Shown here one piece after another: positions 28,104 through 39,257 of a stretch of 64,000 nt of DNA. The notes beneath the pieces are model-generated. The model was not told the origin of the DNA. It saw nothing but the letters and a program-made list of their open reading frames with translations, and made no database searches. The DNA is from Nitrospirota bacterium (GTDB lineage Bacteria > Nitrospirota > UBA9217): assembly GCA_963740085.1 (NCBI GenBank), contig CAVUCU010000004.1, positions 416,001-480,000 on the forward strand, read 5' to 3'. Both the position numbers and the translations under genes were made by a program. Position 1 is the stretch's first letter; every line of letters begins with the position of its first letter.

Positions 28104-28340
28104 TTATAGGACGTAAGTATTATTTTATATTAGCTAGTTTAGTTTCAGTTATTGAAAAAATAATACTGTTTTCGAAATCAGTGAGGAAAATTTATTGCAG
28201 CCGTCAGAAAGTACATTGAGAATAGCGAAAAGTAATTTCTTTACGAACCAGATGTTTGCCAGACAGTATTTAACCGCTGTGATTTATTTTGCCTTTTGGG
28301 TTTAATTTTCAATTTGTCCGACTACCCGTGTAAGGACAGG

Positions 28341-29193
28341 ATGAGCGAAGTTCAAAACGCATTGGAAAAGGCGATCAAGCCGAAATAAATCGATCGACAC
28401 GGCGGACAGCAGTGCCGTTGTGACAAAGCCTGTCCGCGTTGAACCTGTGGAGGCTAAAGGAATGACGACGATGCATCCGAACAATCCCTCCATTATCAGC
28501 TATGTGAACACTGATTCTCCAATTGCCGAAGAGTATCGGAAACTGAAAACCGTACTTTTGCGAATGACCAGGGATGAGTTTCGGAACACGCTCATGGTGA
28601 CCAGCTCGGTCAGCGGTGAAGGGAAAAGCGTCACGAGTGCTAACCTTGCCGTTATGCTCGCACGGGAATATGGACAAACTGTTCTGCTGATTGATTCGGA
28701 CCTGAGGAGGCCGTCACTGCACGAGTATCTTGGAATCACCCCTCGCGTGGGCCTTGCTGACTGTCTGGAAGACAGGATCGATGCTGGAAGCGCCATGGTG
28801 AAGACCGGCATACCGAAACTCTCATTTATGTCGGCGGGGAAAAAAGTGGAGAACCCCGGAGAGCTCCTTTCATCGCAGCGGATGAAGGATTTTTTGATGG
28901 AGATCAAGCACCGATACCGGGACCGGTATATTGTTATTGACACACCACCGATCCTTCTGTTCTCTGAAACTCAGGCTTTGAGCATGCTTGTTGACGGGGT
29001 GCTCGTCGTAGTAAAAGAGGGCGGCGTCACTCTCAAAGGGATCACCCAGATGTTCGAGATCCTGAAAGGTGCAGCTGTGCTCGGTATTGTTTATAACGAT
29101 GCAAGTACTGCGAGCCTTGATGGAAAGTATTACCACCACTATAAACACTATTACCAGGACGATCGCCATGGGAAAAAGCAGAAGAAACGCTGA
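28341..29193 (+). CDS. Stand-alone BY-kinase (tyrosine autokinase, PEP-CTERM/XrtA-type), frameshift near 28380
   Basis: MSEVQNALEKA start with AGG RBS; AEEYRKLKT, GEGKS, IDSDLRRP, VIDTPP, Tyr-rich tail. Confidence 0.88.
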
Positions 29194-29223
29194 AAAAGGC
29201 ACAGCGGGGATGGTTAAGAGCTG

Positions 29224-29739
29224 GTGCTTAATTCAATAATGACTGAAAACTGGTATGCACTCAGGGTGAAATCACGTCATGAGTTCGTTTCTTCTGAAGA
29301 GCTTACCCGGAAGAGCATCGAGAACTTTCTCCCATCTGTTTCAAGAGAGCGTCAATGGAAAGATAGAAAAAAAATTGTAAATTTCCCTCTCTTCCCGGGA
29401 TACTTATTTGTTCATCTTGAACCGCAACCCGAGGCATTTTTGAACGTCTTGAAGACCCGTGGATCCGTTAGTTTCATTTCTCTGGAACCGGGGCAACCAA
29501 CTTCCGTATCACCGGAAGAGATCGTATCCCTTATGGCTATGCTGAAGAGCGGGGAGCAGCTCGATGTCTTTCCTGCATTCAAGGAGGGAACGGCTGTTCG
29601 GGTAAAGCATGGCCCGTTGAGCGGTATTGTCGGCATCCTGGCAAAACGGGAAGGCCGCCAGATGTTCCTGATCAATATCGACATTCTCGGCAGAAGTGTA
29701 GGCCTCAAGATATGCGCCGAGGATGTTGAACTGGCCTGA
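29224..29739 (+). CDS. NusG-paralog transcription antiterminator (UpxY/RfaH-like)
   Basis: WYALRVKSRHE, PLFPGYLFV, KOW motif VRVKHGPLSG. Confidence 0.9.
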   Translation: MLNSIMTENWYALRVKSRHEFVSSEELTRKSIENFLPSVSRERQWKDRKKIVNFPLFPGYLFVHLEPQPEAFLNVLKTRGSVSFISLEPGQPTSVSPEEIVSLMAMLKSGEQLDVFPAFKEGTAVRVKHGPLSGIVGILAKREGRQMFLINIDILGRSVGLKICAEDVELA

Positions 29740-29957
29740 TGCGATAAAAGCAGGCGAATCGACTGAAGGGTGAAGTTTTAGAGGAATTCAAGTAGATATA
29801 CTTTAACCTTCAGCCTGCATGTATACAGGTCCACCATCGGTCTTTATTCGCTAATGATTCCACCCCCTTGGTTCGTGGTATGTAACTGAGAGGGCGAAGC
29901 ATTGTCTAACGCATTCTAATTTTTAGCAGATCCTCGAGAATATCTATTCATACGCAG

Positions 29958-31245
29958 GTGACAAAACATGCTTTCTACCGACACTGCCTCACGCTGAAAA
30001 GCGGGAACGGCGAAGCTCCTATTTGGTTCCTGCTTGTCAGTCTGATCATATTGTTATACACGGTCCCTGACAATGTTGAGGCCTCAGAATACAGGATACA
30101 ACCGAGCATTTCGCTCGGTGAGGAGTATAACGATAACATATTTCTGGTGCCTGAGAACAGGAGCTACGATTATATTTCGCGGATCACTCCCGCGATCAGT
30201 ATTATGTATAAAGCTCCTCTCTGGGACTGGAACGTAAACTACTTTTACGATTATCGTTATTTTGCCAGATATTATATACGCGAAGATAAAACACACTCAC
30301 TCAACCTCGCAAACCACACCAGGATCATAGATGAATATGTCTTTCTCGATATCGGGGACAATTACGCAAGGGTATCGATCGATCCTACCAGAGACTACAC
30401 TCAGGAAAGCACTTTTGTGAACCAGACAGACAGGAACACCCTGACGGTGAACCCGTATTTTATCATGAGACCCACGTCTCAAATGACCGTTACAACAGGA
30501 TATGGCTATTCGAATACCTGGTATAAGGACCCAACCGCGATCGACGAGACAAGCCATGTTGTTTATACGGGTCTACAGCAGGAGCTGTCGCAAAGAGCGA
30601 ACATGACTGCCGGTATCAGGCATACTCAGAACAAGAACAGACTTCAGGAATACTCGCAGGATGACGTGTTTCTCGGACAGAAATATGAGTATGTAGAGAA
30701 CTCCATTCTCTCGGTAACAGTAGGCAATAGTTGGTTTGATATCAAGGATGCGGAAAAAACCAGCCAGGTGTATTGGGATGCCAGTTTAACGCACCGTTAT
30801 TCCACGATGACCGTTACGTATGAAACCGGTTTGCGCTTCATTCCCGACCCTATCCTAATATTACGAAGAGAGGACCGCTATCTGGCAACGATCAGTAAAT
30901 CTGTCGAGAGAACGTCTCTGAGCGTTTCCGGCGGTCTGATAGAATACCGGAACGTTATAAATAAGCACCTTGAGACCTCAAGCTATCAAGTGACCGGCAC
31001 ACTAAGTCATGCTGTAACGACAAGATCAAAGATCCTTCTCGATCTTGGCGCGTACCGCTTGAAGGATTATCTGGCATACTGCAAAAACTGATAGATATCT
31101 CATGGGAGCGCGGTTTGAACATCTGTTCACTGAAAATCTCACGCTGGCCCTGGATTATCGATATACCAACGTATATTCGCCCGATGTATACGTGTATAAT
31201 TACTTTAACAACAGGTTCTCAGTTGAATTACGAAAGGTATTTTAA
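29958..31245 (+). CDS. Outer-membrane beta-barrel protein of PEP-CTERM EPS loci, frameshift near 31080
   Basis: IQPSISLGEEYNDNIF, Tyr-rich amphipathic strands; shifted tail ends LRKVF* (terminal Phe). Confidence 0.8.
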
Positions 31246-31316
31246 TTTACTCAATGACCTTGTACGTTTATTATAAGAGGGGTGTTTTATTGGTTGCTGA
31301 GTCGACCAAGCTGATT

Positions 31317-34300
31317 ATGAAGAGATATTCGATCATACTGTTTGTTCTCATACTGATAACCCTTGTCCTCTCTGCATGCGGTGGCAAGGGACCGCTGCCG
31401 CCGGCTGATACAACGCCTCCAACGCGTGATCTCCGTTAATCCCGCTAATGGGGCCCAGAATGTCCCGATCAACAGTTCTGTCATAATAACGTTCAGCGAA
31501 GCAATGGATGCTTCGTCCATCAATGGGCAAACGATCAGCGTTTCAACCGGGAACAGTAATGTCCAGGGTTCGGTGACCTATTCGGGCGTGACTGCGATCT
31601 TTAAGCCGACATCAAATCTTAACCCAAACACTGTATACGGTGGCTGTTGAAGCAGGCGTCAAGGATGCGGCCGGGAATGCCATGGGCAGTCCTTACGGGT
31701 ATATTTTCATAACGGGTATCGACGTGCAACAGGATATCACGCCACCGAGGGTCGTGGATGTCCAGCCTTCGAACCGTGCAACAGGGGTAAGTCCTAATAC
31801 CGCTATCGTGGTCATGTTCAGTGAGCCGATGGATCCGGCCACGATCACAAACATCTTCCATAACAATAGTTAATTCCTTGGGAAAGTCAATCTAGCACAG
31901 TAACGCCTTTTGGAACAGCAGCCATTATTAAACCGACTCTGGCACTTGCACCAGCAGCGATTATACGGTCATTGTAACAACACGAGTAAAGGATTTGGCA
32001 GGGAATGCCATGACTGACGCTTTTCTCGCAAATTTCAGGACCGGTGCGGTGAATGACACCAGCGCACCGTCCGTTGTAGCAGGCTCAATCATTCCTGCTT
32101 CCAGCGCCACAACTGTATCGGTGAATACTCCGATCAGTGTTACATTCAGCAAGCCGATGAACGTATCAACCATTAACCTTTCAACTTTTATCGTCAGCGA
32201 TGGAACTTCGACGATCCCCGGCGACATGCAGTATTACGGAACTAATGCCGTATTTACACCGAGCAATCCTCTACCGCCGTCCACCACCTATACAGTTACC
32301 ATTACCAATGCCGTTGCGGACCTGTCGAGCAATCCACTATCCGGTTATTCCTGGAGTTTTACTACAGAACCGCTTGCGTCGGACGCTGTACCGCCGCAGG
32401 TTCTGGCCAACTATCCGACTTGTATCAAAAATGTGCCGGTCTATAGTCAGATAGTTGCTCTCTTCAGTGAGACGATGCTCGTGAGCTCAATTACGCCGAC
32501 AGCTTTTAGTCTTACGGATTCTTTGACTCAAACACCTGTCTTGGGGAATATAAAGATCGAGCGGTGCAATTGTTATTCTTTACGCCTACACTGCCCTTAG
32601 CGTACAACACGAATTACACTGCGACGATATATACGGCAGCTACAGATATTGCAGGGAATCCACTCACAAGTATCTATTCCTGGAGTTTTACTACGGAAGT
32701 TGATTGCCGCATTTACCATCACACCGAGTGCAGGCGCGAATGGAAGCATAAGCCCGAATACGGTGCAGACGGTGACCTACGGAGCGACGCCGTCCTTCAC
32801 GATTACGCCCGTCACCGCCTATCATGTCGCCGATGTGTTGGTGGATGGCACCTCGGTTGGAGCTGTGACAACTTATACGTTCCCCCCAGTGATAGCTGGC
32901 CATACGATCAGTGCAAGTTTCGCGATCAATACGTACACCATCACAACGACCCCCGGAGCCAACGGCACAATCACCCCTGCTAATCCTACGATTAATTCTG
33001 GAGCAAATCAGGCGTTCACGATCACGCCGGATGCCGGCTATCATATTGTTGACGTCTTGGTGGATAGTGCTTCGCTCGGTGCGCTGACTTCATACACATT
33101 CACAAATGTAACGGCCAATCATACGATCAGCGCGAGCTTTGCGATCAATTCAACATCCACTAACTTAATATCCTCGTCTAATCCCTCGACCTTCGGTGTT
33201 GCATTGACATTTACAGCAACGGTAGCAAGTGCTTTTGGTACACCGACCGGAACGGTTACGTTTAGTGATGGAGGAACTACTATAGGCACAGGTACATTGT
33301 CCGCTGGTGTAGCGACTTTCAGCACATCAACATTGACTAGTGGTTCTCATTCCATTACCGCGGCATACAGTGGAGATACGAATTTTGCGGTTTCAACGTC
33401 ATCTCCTCTTATCCAAACCGTGAACGTGACCAACCAGGCAACTCTGACGGTCATAGCAACCCCGTCGACCGTCGCTTACGGTAGTACGTCGACGCTGAGC
33501 AGCAGTGGCGGCAGCGGTACGGGAGTAGTAACGTTTAGTGCAGGCGCATCGACCGGCTGTTCAGTAGCGGGCACAACACTCTCTGTGACAAATGCCAGCG
33601 GTACCTGCTTGGTAACAGCGACAAAAGCTGCGGACACCAATTACACTGCAGCCACTTCAGCTCCACTCACAATAACACTTCAGAAGATTGGCCAGACGAT
33701 CACGGTAGGAACTCATGCTCCCGCGAGCGCGGCGTACAATTCGCAATTTACGGTAGCGGCAACAGCGAGTTCGCTGCTGCCAGTGGCAATCACTACCAGT
33801 GGCGGATGCAGCGGCAGCGGCAGCGGGTCAGCGACAATAACGATGACGAGCGGTACGACTAGTTGTACCATAAACTACAATCAGGCGGGCGATACCAACT
33901 ATGTGGCCGCTACCCCGGTGACAGAAAACACGACGGCCGGGAAGATTAGCCAGACGATCACGGTAGGAACCCATACTCCCGCGAGCGCGGCGTACAATTC
34001 GCAATTTACGGTAGCGGCAACAGCGAGTTCGCTGCTGCCAGTGGCAATCACTACCAGTGGCGGATGCAGCGGCAGCGGCAGCGGGTCAGCGACAATAACG
34101 ATGACGAGCGGTACGACTAGTTGTACCGTAAACTACAATCAGGCGGGCGATACCAACTATGTGGCCGCTACCCCGGTGACAGAAAACACGACGGCCGGGA
34201 AGATTAGCCAGACGATCACGGTAGGAACCCATGCTCCCGCGAGCGCGGCGTACAATTCGCAATTTACGGTAGCGGCAACAGCGAGTTCGCTGCTGCCAGT

Positions 34301-35077
34301 GGCAATCACTACCAGTGGCGGATGCAGCGGCAGCGGCAGCGGGTCAGCGACAATAACGATGACGAGCGGTACGACTAGTTGTACCGTAAACTACAATCAG
34401 GCGGGCGATACCAACTATGTGGCCGCTACCCCGGTGACAGAAAACACGACGGCCGGGAAGATTAGCCAGACGATCACGGTAGGAACCCATGCTCCCGCGA
34501 GCGCGGCGTACAATTCGCAATTTACGGTAGCGGCAACAGCGAGTTCGCTGCTGCCAGTGGCAATCACTACCAGTGGCGGATGCAGCGGCAGCGGCAGCGG
34601 GTCAGCGACAATAACGATGACGAGCGGTACGACTAGTTGTACCGTAAACTACAATCAGGCGGGCGATACCAACTATGTGGCCGCCACCCCGGTGTCAGAA
34701 AACACGACGGCCACGAAGATTGGCCAGACGATCACGGTAGGAACGCCTGCTCCGGCCACTGCGGTGAATAATTCGCAATTTACGGTAGCAGCGACAGCCC
34801 CGGGTGGGACAGTGAGCATAACGACCTTAGGATCCTGCACAGGAACAGGCTCAGGTTCAGCAACGATCACGATAACCAGCGATACCGGCATTTGTACGGT
34901 CCTTTACGGCCAGGTCGGAAACAACAATTACGAAGCCGCCCCTCAAGTGACGAGTGACACCACGGCGCTACCATAACCGGCTTGACCGCCGGCACCTGCA
35001 CTATCAGGGCATCCCAGGATGAAGATGCGAATTATAATGCGGCCGCTAACGTAGACCGGACCCTGACAGTGAATTAA
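31317..35077 (+). CDS. Giant Ig-repeat surface lipoprotein (SbsA/Big_5-like, Big_3-like, 86-aa repeats), multiple frameshifts
   Basis: Lipobox LSAC; repeated P.N..I...FSE.MD domains across ORF fragments 31363-32983; 775-aa Thr/Ser/Ala-rich ORF 32649-34976; repeat-like tail to 35077. Confidence 0.75.
33693..34976 (+). repeat. 258-bp tandem repeat, four near-identical units + one diverged
   Basis: CAGACGATCACGGTAGGA at 33693, 33951, 34209, 34467, 34725. Confidence 0.95.
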
Positions 35078-35238
35078 AATAAGATAACGATAGGCATTTT
35101 TCTCTTATAACGAATTGTTTGCATTTAATGCGCTTAGAGAATATTGACTACTACTGATTCGAATAGCCAATTCATAAACTATAAAAGAACGCTTTCAACA
35201 AGATTGCTCCATACCATCAGCTAACGAGGAAATATTCT

Positions 35239-36384
35239 ATGAAGATCCCATCGCGTAAGAAAAATCCCGTCATTCTTCCGCAAAGCGCGGATATGTTCGA
35301 TGACGAAGAATATAGCGGTTATGAGGAAGAGTTCTTTCTCGAGTTTCTTGTATTCGAGCGAAGACGGAGTGAACGCTCCGGGCGGCCGTTTCTCGTGTTG
35401 ACGATGGATTTTACCGGAATTCGTGATATGGAGAGCAGACGTGAATCCGTAAAGTGGGCCATGCAGACGTTGTCAGTACTTACCCGGGATACCGATATCA
35501 AGGGGTGGTACAAAAACCCGACGGTCCTGGGCGTTATCTTTACTGAAATGAACAGCCTTGAAACGGAGACCTTGCAGAATAAGATTCACGAAAGTCTCTC
35601 CTCACGTTTGTCGGACCAACAACTCGATGACATACAGTTATCATTTCACAGGTTTCCCAAGGACGAAAAGCCAAACAAGCCGGGAGACTCGGTAAATTTC
35701 ACGTTCTATCCCGAGTATCCAAAAAGAGAGCGGTCCCAAAAAAACGCCCTCAGGATAAAACGGGTAATCGACGTGATCGGCAGTTTGACAGGCATCATTA
35801 TTTTTTCTCCATTTCTTTTGATCATCCCTCTTTGCATTAAGCTGACCTCTCGGGGACCGGTTCTGTTCCGGCAGCAGAGAGTTGGACAAAATGGGAAGGC
35901 TTTCATCTTTCTAAAATTCAGGAGCATGTATGCCGACAATAACGAGGAAGTTCATAAAAAATACGTCCAGAACCTGATCGTCGGAAAAGTATCCGGAGAG
36001 ACAAAAGATAATGGTGCCGGAAAAAAAGTATTCAAGATCGTTAACGACAAGAGAGTAACTCCCCTTGGGAATATTCTGAGGAAGACGAGTCTGGATGAAC
36101 TGCCTCAGTTTTACAATGTGCTGATAGGTGAGATGTCATTAGTAGGGCCGAGACCTCCCATTCACTATGAGCTCGAGAAGTATGATTCATGGCACCGGCG
36201 CCGCGTCTTGGAGGTAAAACCGGGGATAACCGGGTTATGGCAGGTCACCGGGCGGAGTTCAACAACGTTTAACGAGATGGTGCGTCTCGACCTCCAGTAC
36301 GCGACCAACTGGTCCTTATGGATCGATATGAAAATACTTCTGAAGACCACGTGGGTAATGGTGGCAGGGAAGGGTGCGTATTAA
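35239..36384 (+). CDS. Priming undecaprenyl-phosphate sugar transferase with N-terminal degenerate GGDEF-like domain
   Basis: KRVIDV, FLKFRSM, SLDELPQ, GEMSLVGPRP, KPGITGLWQV; N-terminus ERRRSERSGRPFLVLTMD...RDTD. Confidence 0.9.
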   Translation: MKIPSRKKNPVILPQSADMFDDEEYSGYEEEFFLEFLVFERRRSERSGRPFLVLTMDFTGIRDMESRRESVKWAMQTLSVLTRDTDIKGWYKNPTVLGVIFTEMNSLETETLQNKIHESLSSRLSDQQLDDIQLSFHRFPKDEKPNKPGDSVNFTFYPEYPKRERSQKNALRIKRVIDVIGSLTGIIIFSPFLLIIPLCIKLTSRGPVLFRQQRVGQNGKAFIFLKFRSMYADNNEEVHKKYVQNLIVGKVSGETKDNGAGKKVFKIVNDKRVTPLGNILRKTSLDELPQFYNVLIGEMSLVGPRPPIHYELEKYDSWHRRRVLEVKPGITGLWQVTGRSSTTFNEMVRLDLQYATNWSLWIDMKILLKTTWVMVAGKGAY

Positions 36385-36505
36385 GGGCAGAACGCGAAGT
36401 GCATAGCGCATAGCGCGAAGAGCATAGTGAAAATGGTGAAATTTAGATTTCAGGACCGCGAAATCACGTTTTGCTCTTCGCGCAGTGATTGTATCAGGAG
36501 GATAC

Positions 36506-37508
36506 ATGATTAACATAGGCATCATAGGATTCGGTTATTGGGGACCGAACATCGTTCGGAATTTCAGCAACCTTGAGGGGGCCAGGGTCGTCTCTATTTG
36601 CGATGGCAACCAGGACGCAATGAAGCGGGCGAGCAAAGCTTATCCGCACATCAAGGTAACAAGTAACTACAATGACATCCTCAATTCACCTGACATTGAC
36701 GCAGTTGCTGTCATCACACCGGTATCTACACACTTCAAACTGGCCAAACAGGCACTTGAGAACGGAAAGCATGTGTTTGTGGAAAAACCTTTTACCGCAT
36801 CGATCGCACACGCGGAGAAATTGATCGAGTTGGCCGAGAAAAAGAAATTGACCATAATGGTGGATCATACCTTTATCTTCACCGGCGCGGTGAGAAAGAT
36901 CAAACAGCTCATAGATCAACGGGCTCTGGGGGATCTTTACTACTACGATTCGGTCAGGGTCAACCTGGGACTTTTTCAACGCGATGTGAATGTGATCTGG
37001 GACCTCGCACCTCATGATTTTGCCGTCATGGACTACCTCCTCAGCGAAAAGCCATTTGCTGTTGCAGCTGAGCGGAAAAGCGCACGTAAGTGAGATGGAG
37101 GATACCGCTTACATCACTGTGCACTTCAGCGACAACATGATCGCGCATTTCAACGTTAATTGGCTGTCTCCGGTGAAGATCAGGACCACCCTCATCGGGG
37201 GAGAGAAGAAGATGCTTATGTGGAACGACCTGGAACCGGATGAAAAGATCAAGATATTTGACAAGGGGGTCGAAGTAACGAGCACGGAAGCAAAATATAA
37301 AATGCTCGTCAACTACCGCTCCGGAGACATGTACGCTCCGCGAGTCGAGCCAATGGAAGCCCTCAAGGTAGAGACCGAGTATTTTCTCCAGTGCATTTTA
37401 AATAGTGAAACACCGGTCAACGATGGACATGCGGGCTTGCGCGTGGTGAAGATGCTTGAAGCCTGCAATCTTTCGCTCAAGAAGAACGGTCGGGCGGTGA
37501 CGGTATGA
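36506..37508 (+). CDS. Gfo/Idh/MocA oxidoreductase (WbpB/WlbA-like), frameshift near 37070
   Basis: GIIGFGYWG, HVFVEKP, WDLAPHD; C-terminal half in ORF 37014-37508. Confidence 0.87.
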
Positions 37509-37984
37509 AATACGTCTCCGTCGCTGATGATGTCCGGCTGGGGGAAAACGTCAAGCTTGCCAACTTCGTCAATCTGTATGGATGCGCTATCGGCGATAAC
37601 ACGAAGATCGGGACTTTTGTTGAAGTCCAGAAGAACGCGTGTATCGGCAGGAATTGCAAGATCCAGAGCCACACCTTTATCTGCGAAGGCGTCACCATCG
37701 AGGATGATGTGTTTGTCGGACATGGTGTCATATTCATCAATGACAAGTATCCCCGTTCGACAACTGGGGACGGGAATCTGCAAAGCGAGGCTGACTGGAA
37801 AGTGATCCCTACGGTCGTAAAAAAAGGGGCGTCAATCGGGTCCGGTTCTACGATCCTTTGCAATATTACCATCGGAGAAAAAGCAATTATCGGCTCCGGC
37901 AGCGTTGTAACAAAAGATGTTCCGCCAAACACGATCGTTGCGGGAAATCCGGCAAAGATCGTGAGGAAGATCGAAAATGAATAA
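37505..37984 (+). CDS. Hexapeptide N-acetyltransferase (WbpD-like)
   Basis: Hexapeptide repeats, FINDKYP, VAGNPAK. Confidence 0.88.
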   Translation: MKYVSVADDVRLGENVKLANFVNLYGCAIGDNTKIGTFVEVQKNACIGRNCKIQSHTFICEGVTIEDDVFVGHGVIFINDKYPRSTTGDGNLQSEADWKVIPTVVKKGASIGSGSTILCNITIGEKAIIGSGSVVTKDVPPNTIVAGNPAKIVRKIENE

Positions 37985-38067
37985 GAAAATCCCGTTTCTG
38001 ACAGAACACCGCGTTTAATCCGGAAGTCATGAAGAGCACAAAATATGAACAGTAGGGGATCACGTGA

Positions 38068-39171
38068 ATGAATGTCGACTGTGATGTAGCAATAATAGGA
38101 GCAGGGGTAATTGGACTTGCCATCGCAGCGGTCCTGTCAGATGATGAGCGGAATATATATATAGTAGAAAAGAATGTAACCCACGGCATGGGTGTGAGCT
38201 CCCGGAACAGCGAGGTGATACACGCCGGCATCTATAATCCTCCCGGTTCGTTAAAAGCAAGATTCTGTATCGAAGGGAGGGAATTGCTGTATGAGACGTG
38301 CATAAGCAATAACATCCCGTACCAAAAGACCGGCAAGTTGATCATTGCAACAACTGAGCAGGAGAGGGGAAAGCTCGAGGAACTCATGAGCAATGCGGAA
38401 CGGAACGGCGTTTCCTCCGTATATTTCCTTGAGGAAACGAGAATTCGCGAGATGGAACCGCACATCAGGGCGGTTGCCGGCCTCCACTCCCCTGATACGG
38501 GTATCATAAGCGTACATCATCTGATGGACTACTATCTGCAAAAAGCAAAAAAGAGAGGGGCAGAAATAGTCTATGGCACGAATGTCACCGGGATACAAAA
38601 AGTGTCCCGGGGTTACCAGATCACCACAGTAGATGCCGGCGGTGATCGTTTCGAGTTCGTCGCAGAAAGGGTTGTCAATGCAGCGGGGTTGTGTTCAGAC
38701 GAGATAGCAGGGATGCTGGGAAAAGAATATTCGCTTCATTACTGTAAGGGGGATTACTTTAGTATAAACAATGTAAAAAAAGGATTGGTTCAGAGACTGA
38801 TCTATCCAGTTCCTGAGGTAAATCATGTCGGTTTAGGCGTCCACCTTACATTGGATCTGAGCGGGAGGATGAAATTAGGTCCCGACGCTACCTATATTGA
38901 AAGGACAGAAAATTATAAGGTTGACGCGGGGAAAAGAAACAAATTCTTTGAGGCTGCGGTCAAGTTTCTGCCTTTTATAAAAAGGGAAGATATCGTCCCT
39001 GAGATGTCAGGCATTAGACCAAAGCTCCAGGGACCGGGAGAGGGCTTCCGTGATTTTGTGATCAGCGAAGACTTTCCCGGTTTCGTTAATCTTGTAGGAA
39101 TCGAGTCACCCGGACTTACAGCCGCACCTGCCATCGCACGATACGTCAGCAATATTTTAACAGGCAAGTAA
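38068..39171 (+). CDS. L-2-hydroxyglutarate oxidase-like FAD oxidoreductase
   Basis: IIGAGVIG, SSRNSEVIHAG, LIYPVP, GVHLT, GIESPGLTA. Confidence 0.82.
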   Translation: MNVDCDVAIIGAGVIGLAIAAVLSDDERNIYIVEKNVTHGMGVSSRNSEVIHAGIYNPPGSLKARFCIEGRELLYETCISNNIPYQKTGKLIIATTEQERGKLEELMSNAERNGVSSVYFLEETRIREMEPHIRAVAGLHSPDTGIISVHHLMDYYLQKAKKRGAEIVYGTNVTGIQKVSRGYQITTVDAGGDRFEFVAERVVNAAGLCSDEIAGMLGKEYSLHYCKGDYFSINNVKKGLVQRLIYPVPEVNHVGLGVHLTLDLSGRMKLGPDATYIERTENYKVDAGKRNKFFEAAVKFLPFIKREDIVPEMSGIRPKLQGPGEGFRDFVISEDFPGFVNLVGIESPGLTAAPAIARYVSNILTGK

Positions 39172-39257
39172 TTGTTGCTCTGATTGCAAGTGCAAGATGG
39201 ACGGCAGAGCATCGCAGGGAAACTGAGATCAATTTGAAAGGGGCTTGAGGAGAATTT

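Noticed and set aside
33693-34976. Regular repeats as a CRISPR array or DGR template/variable pair
   Set aside because: Units are 258 bp, in-frame coding, without spacers; no cas or reverse transcriptase gene; no adenine-biased differences noticed. The same applies to the repeats at 43457 and 58458.
36387-36484. Heptamer GCATAGC-type repeats with an imperfect inverted arm (similar low-complexity arms at 17178-17266 and 29760-29815)
   Set aside because: Short degenerate intergenic palindromes with no ORF or clear termini; cannot support a specific element call.
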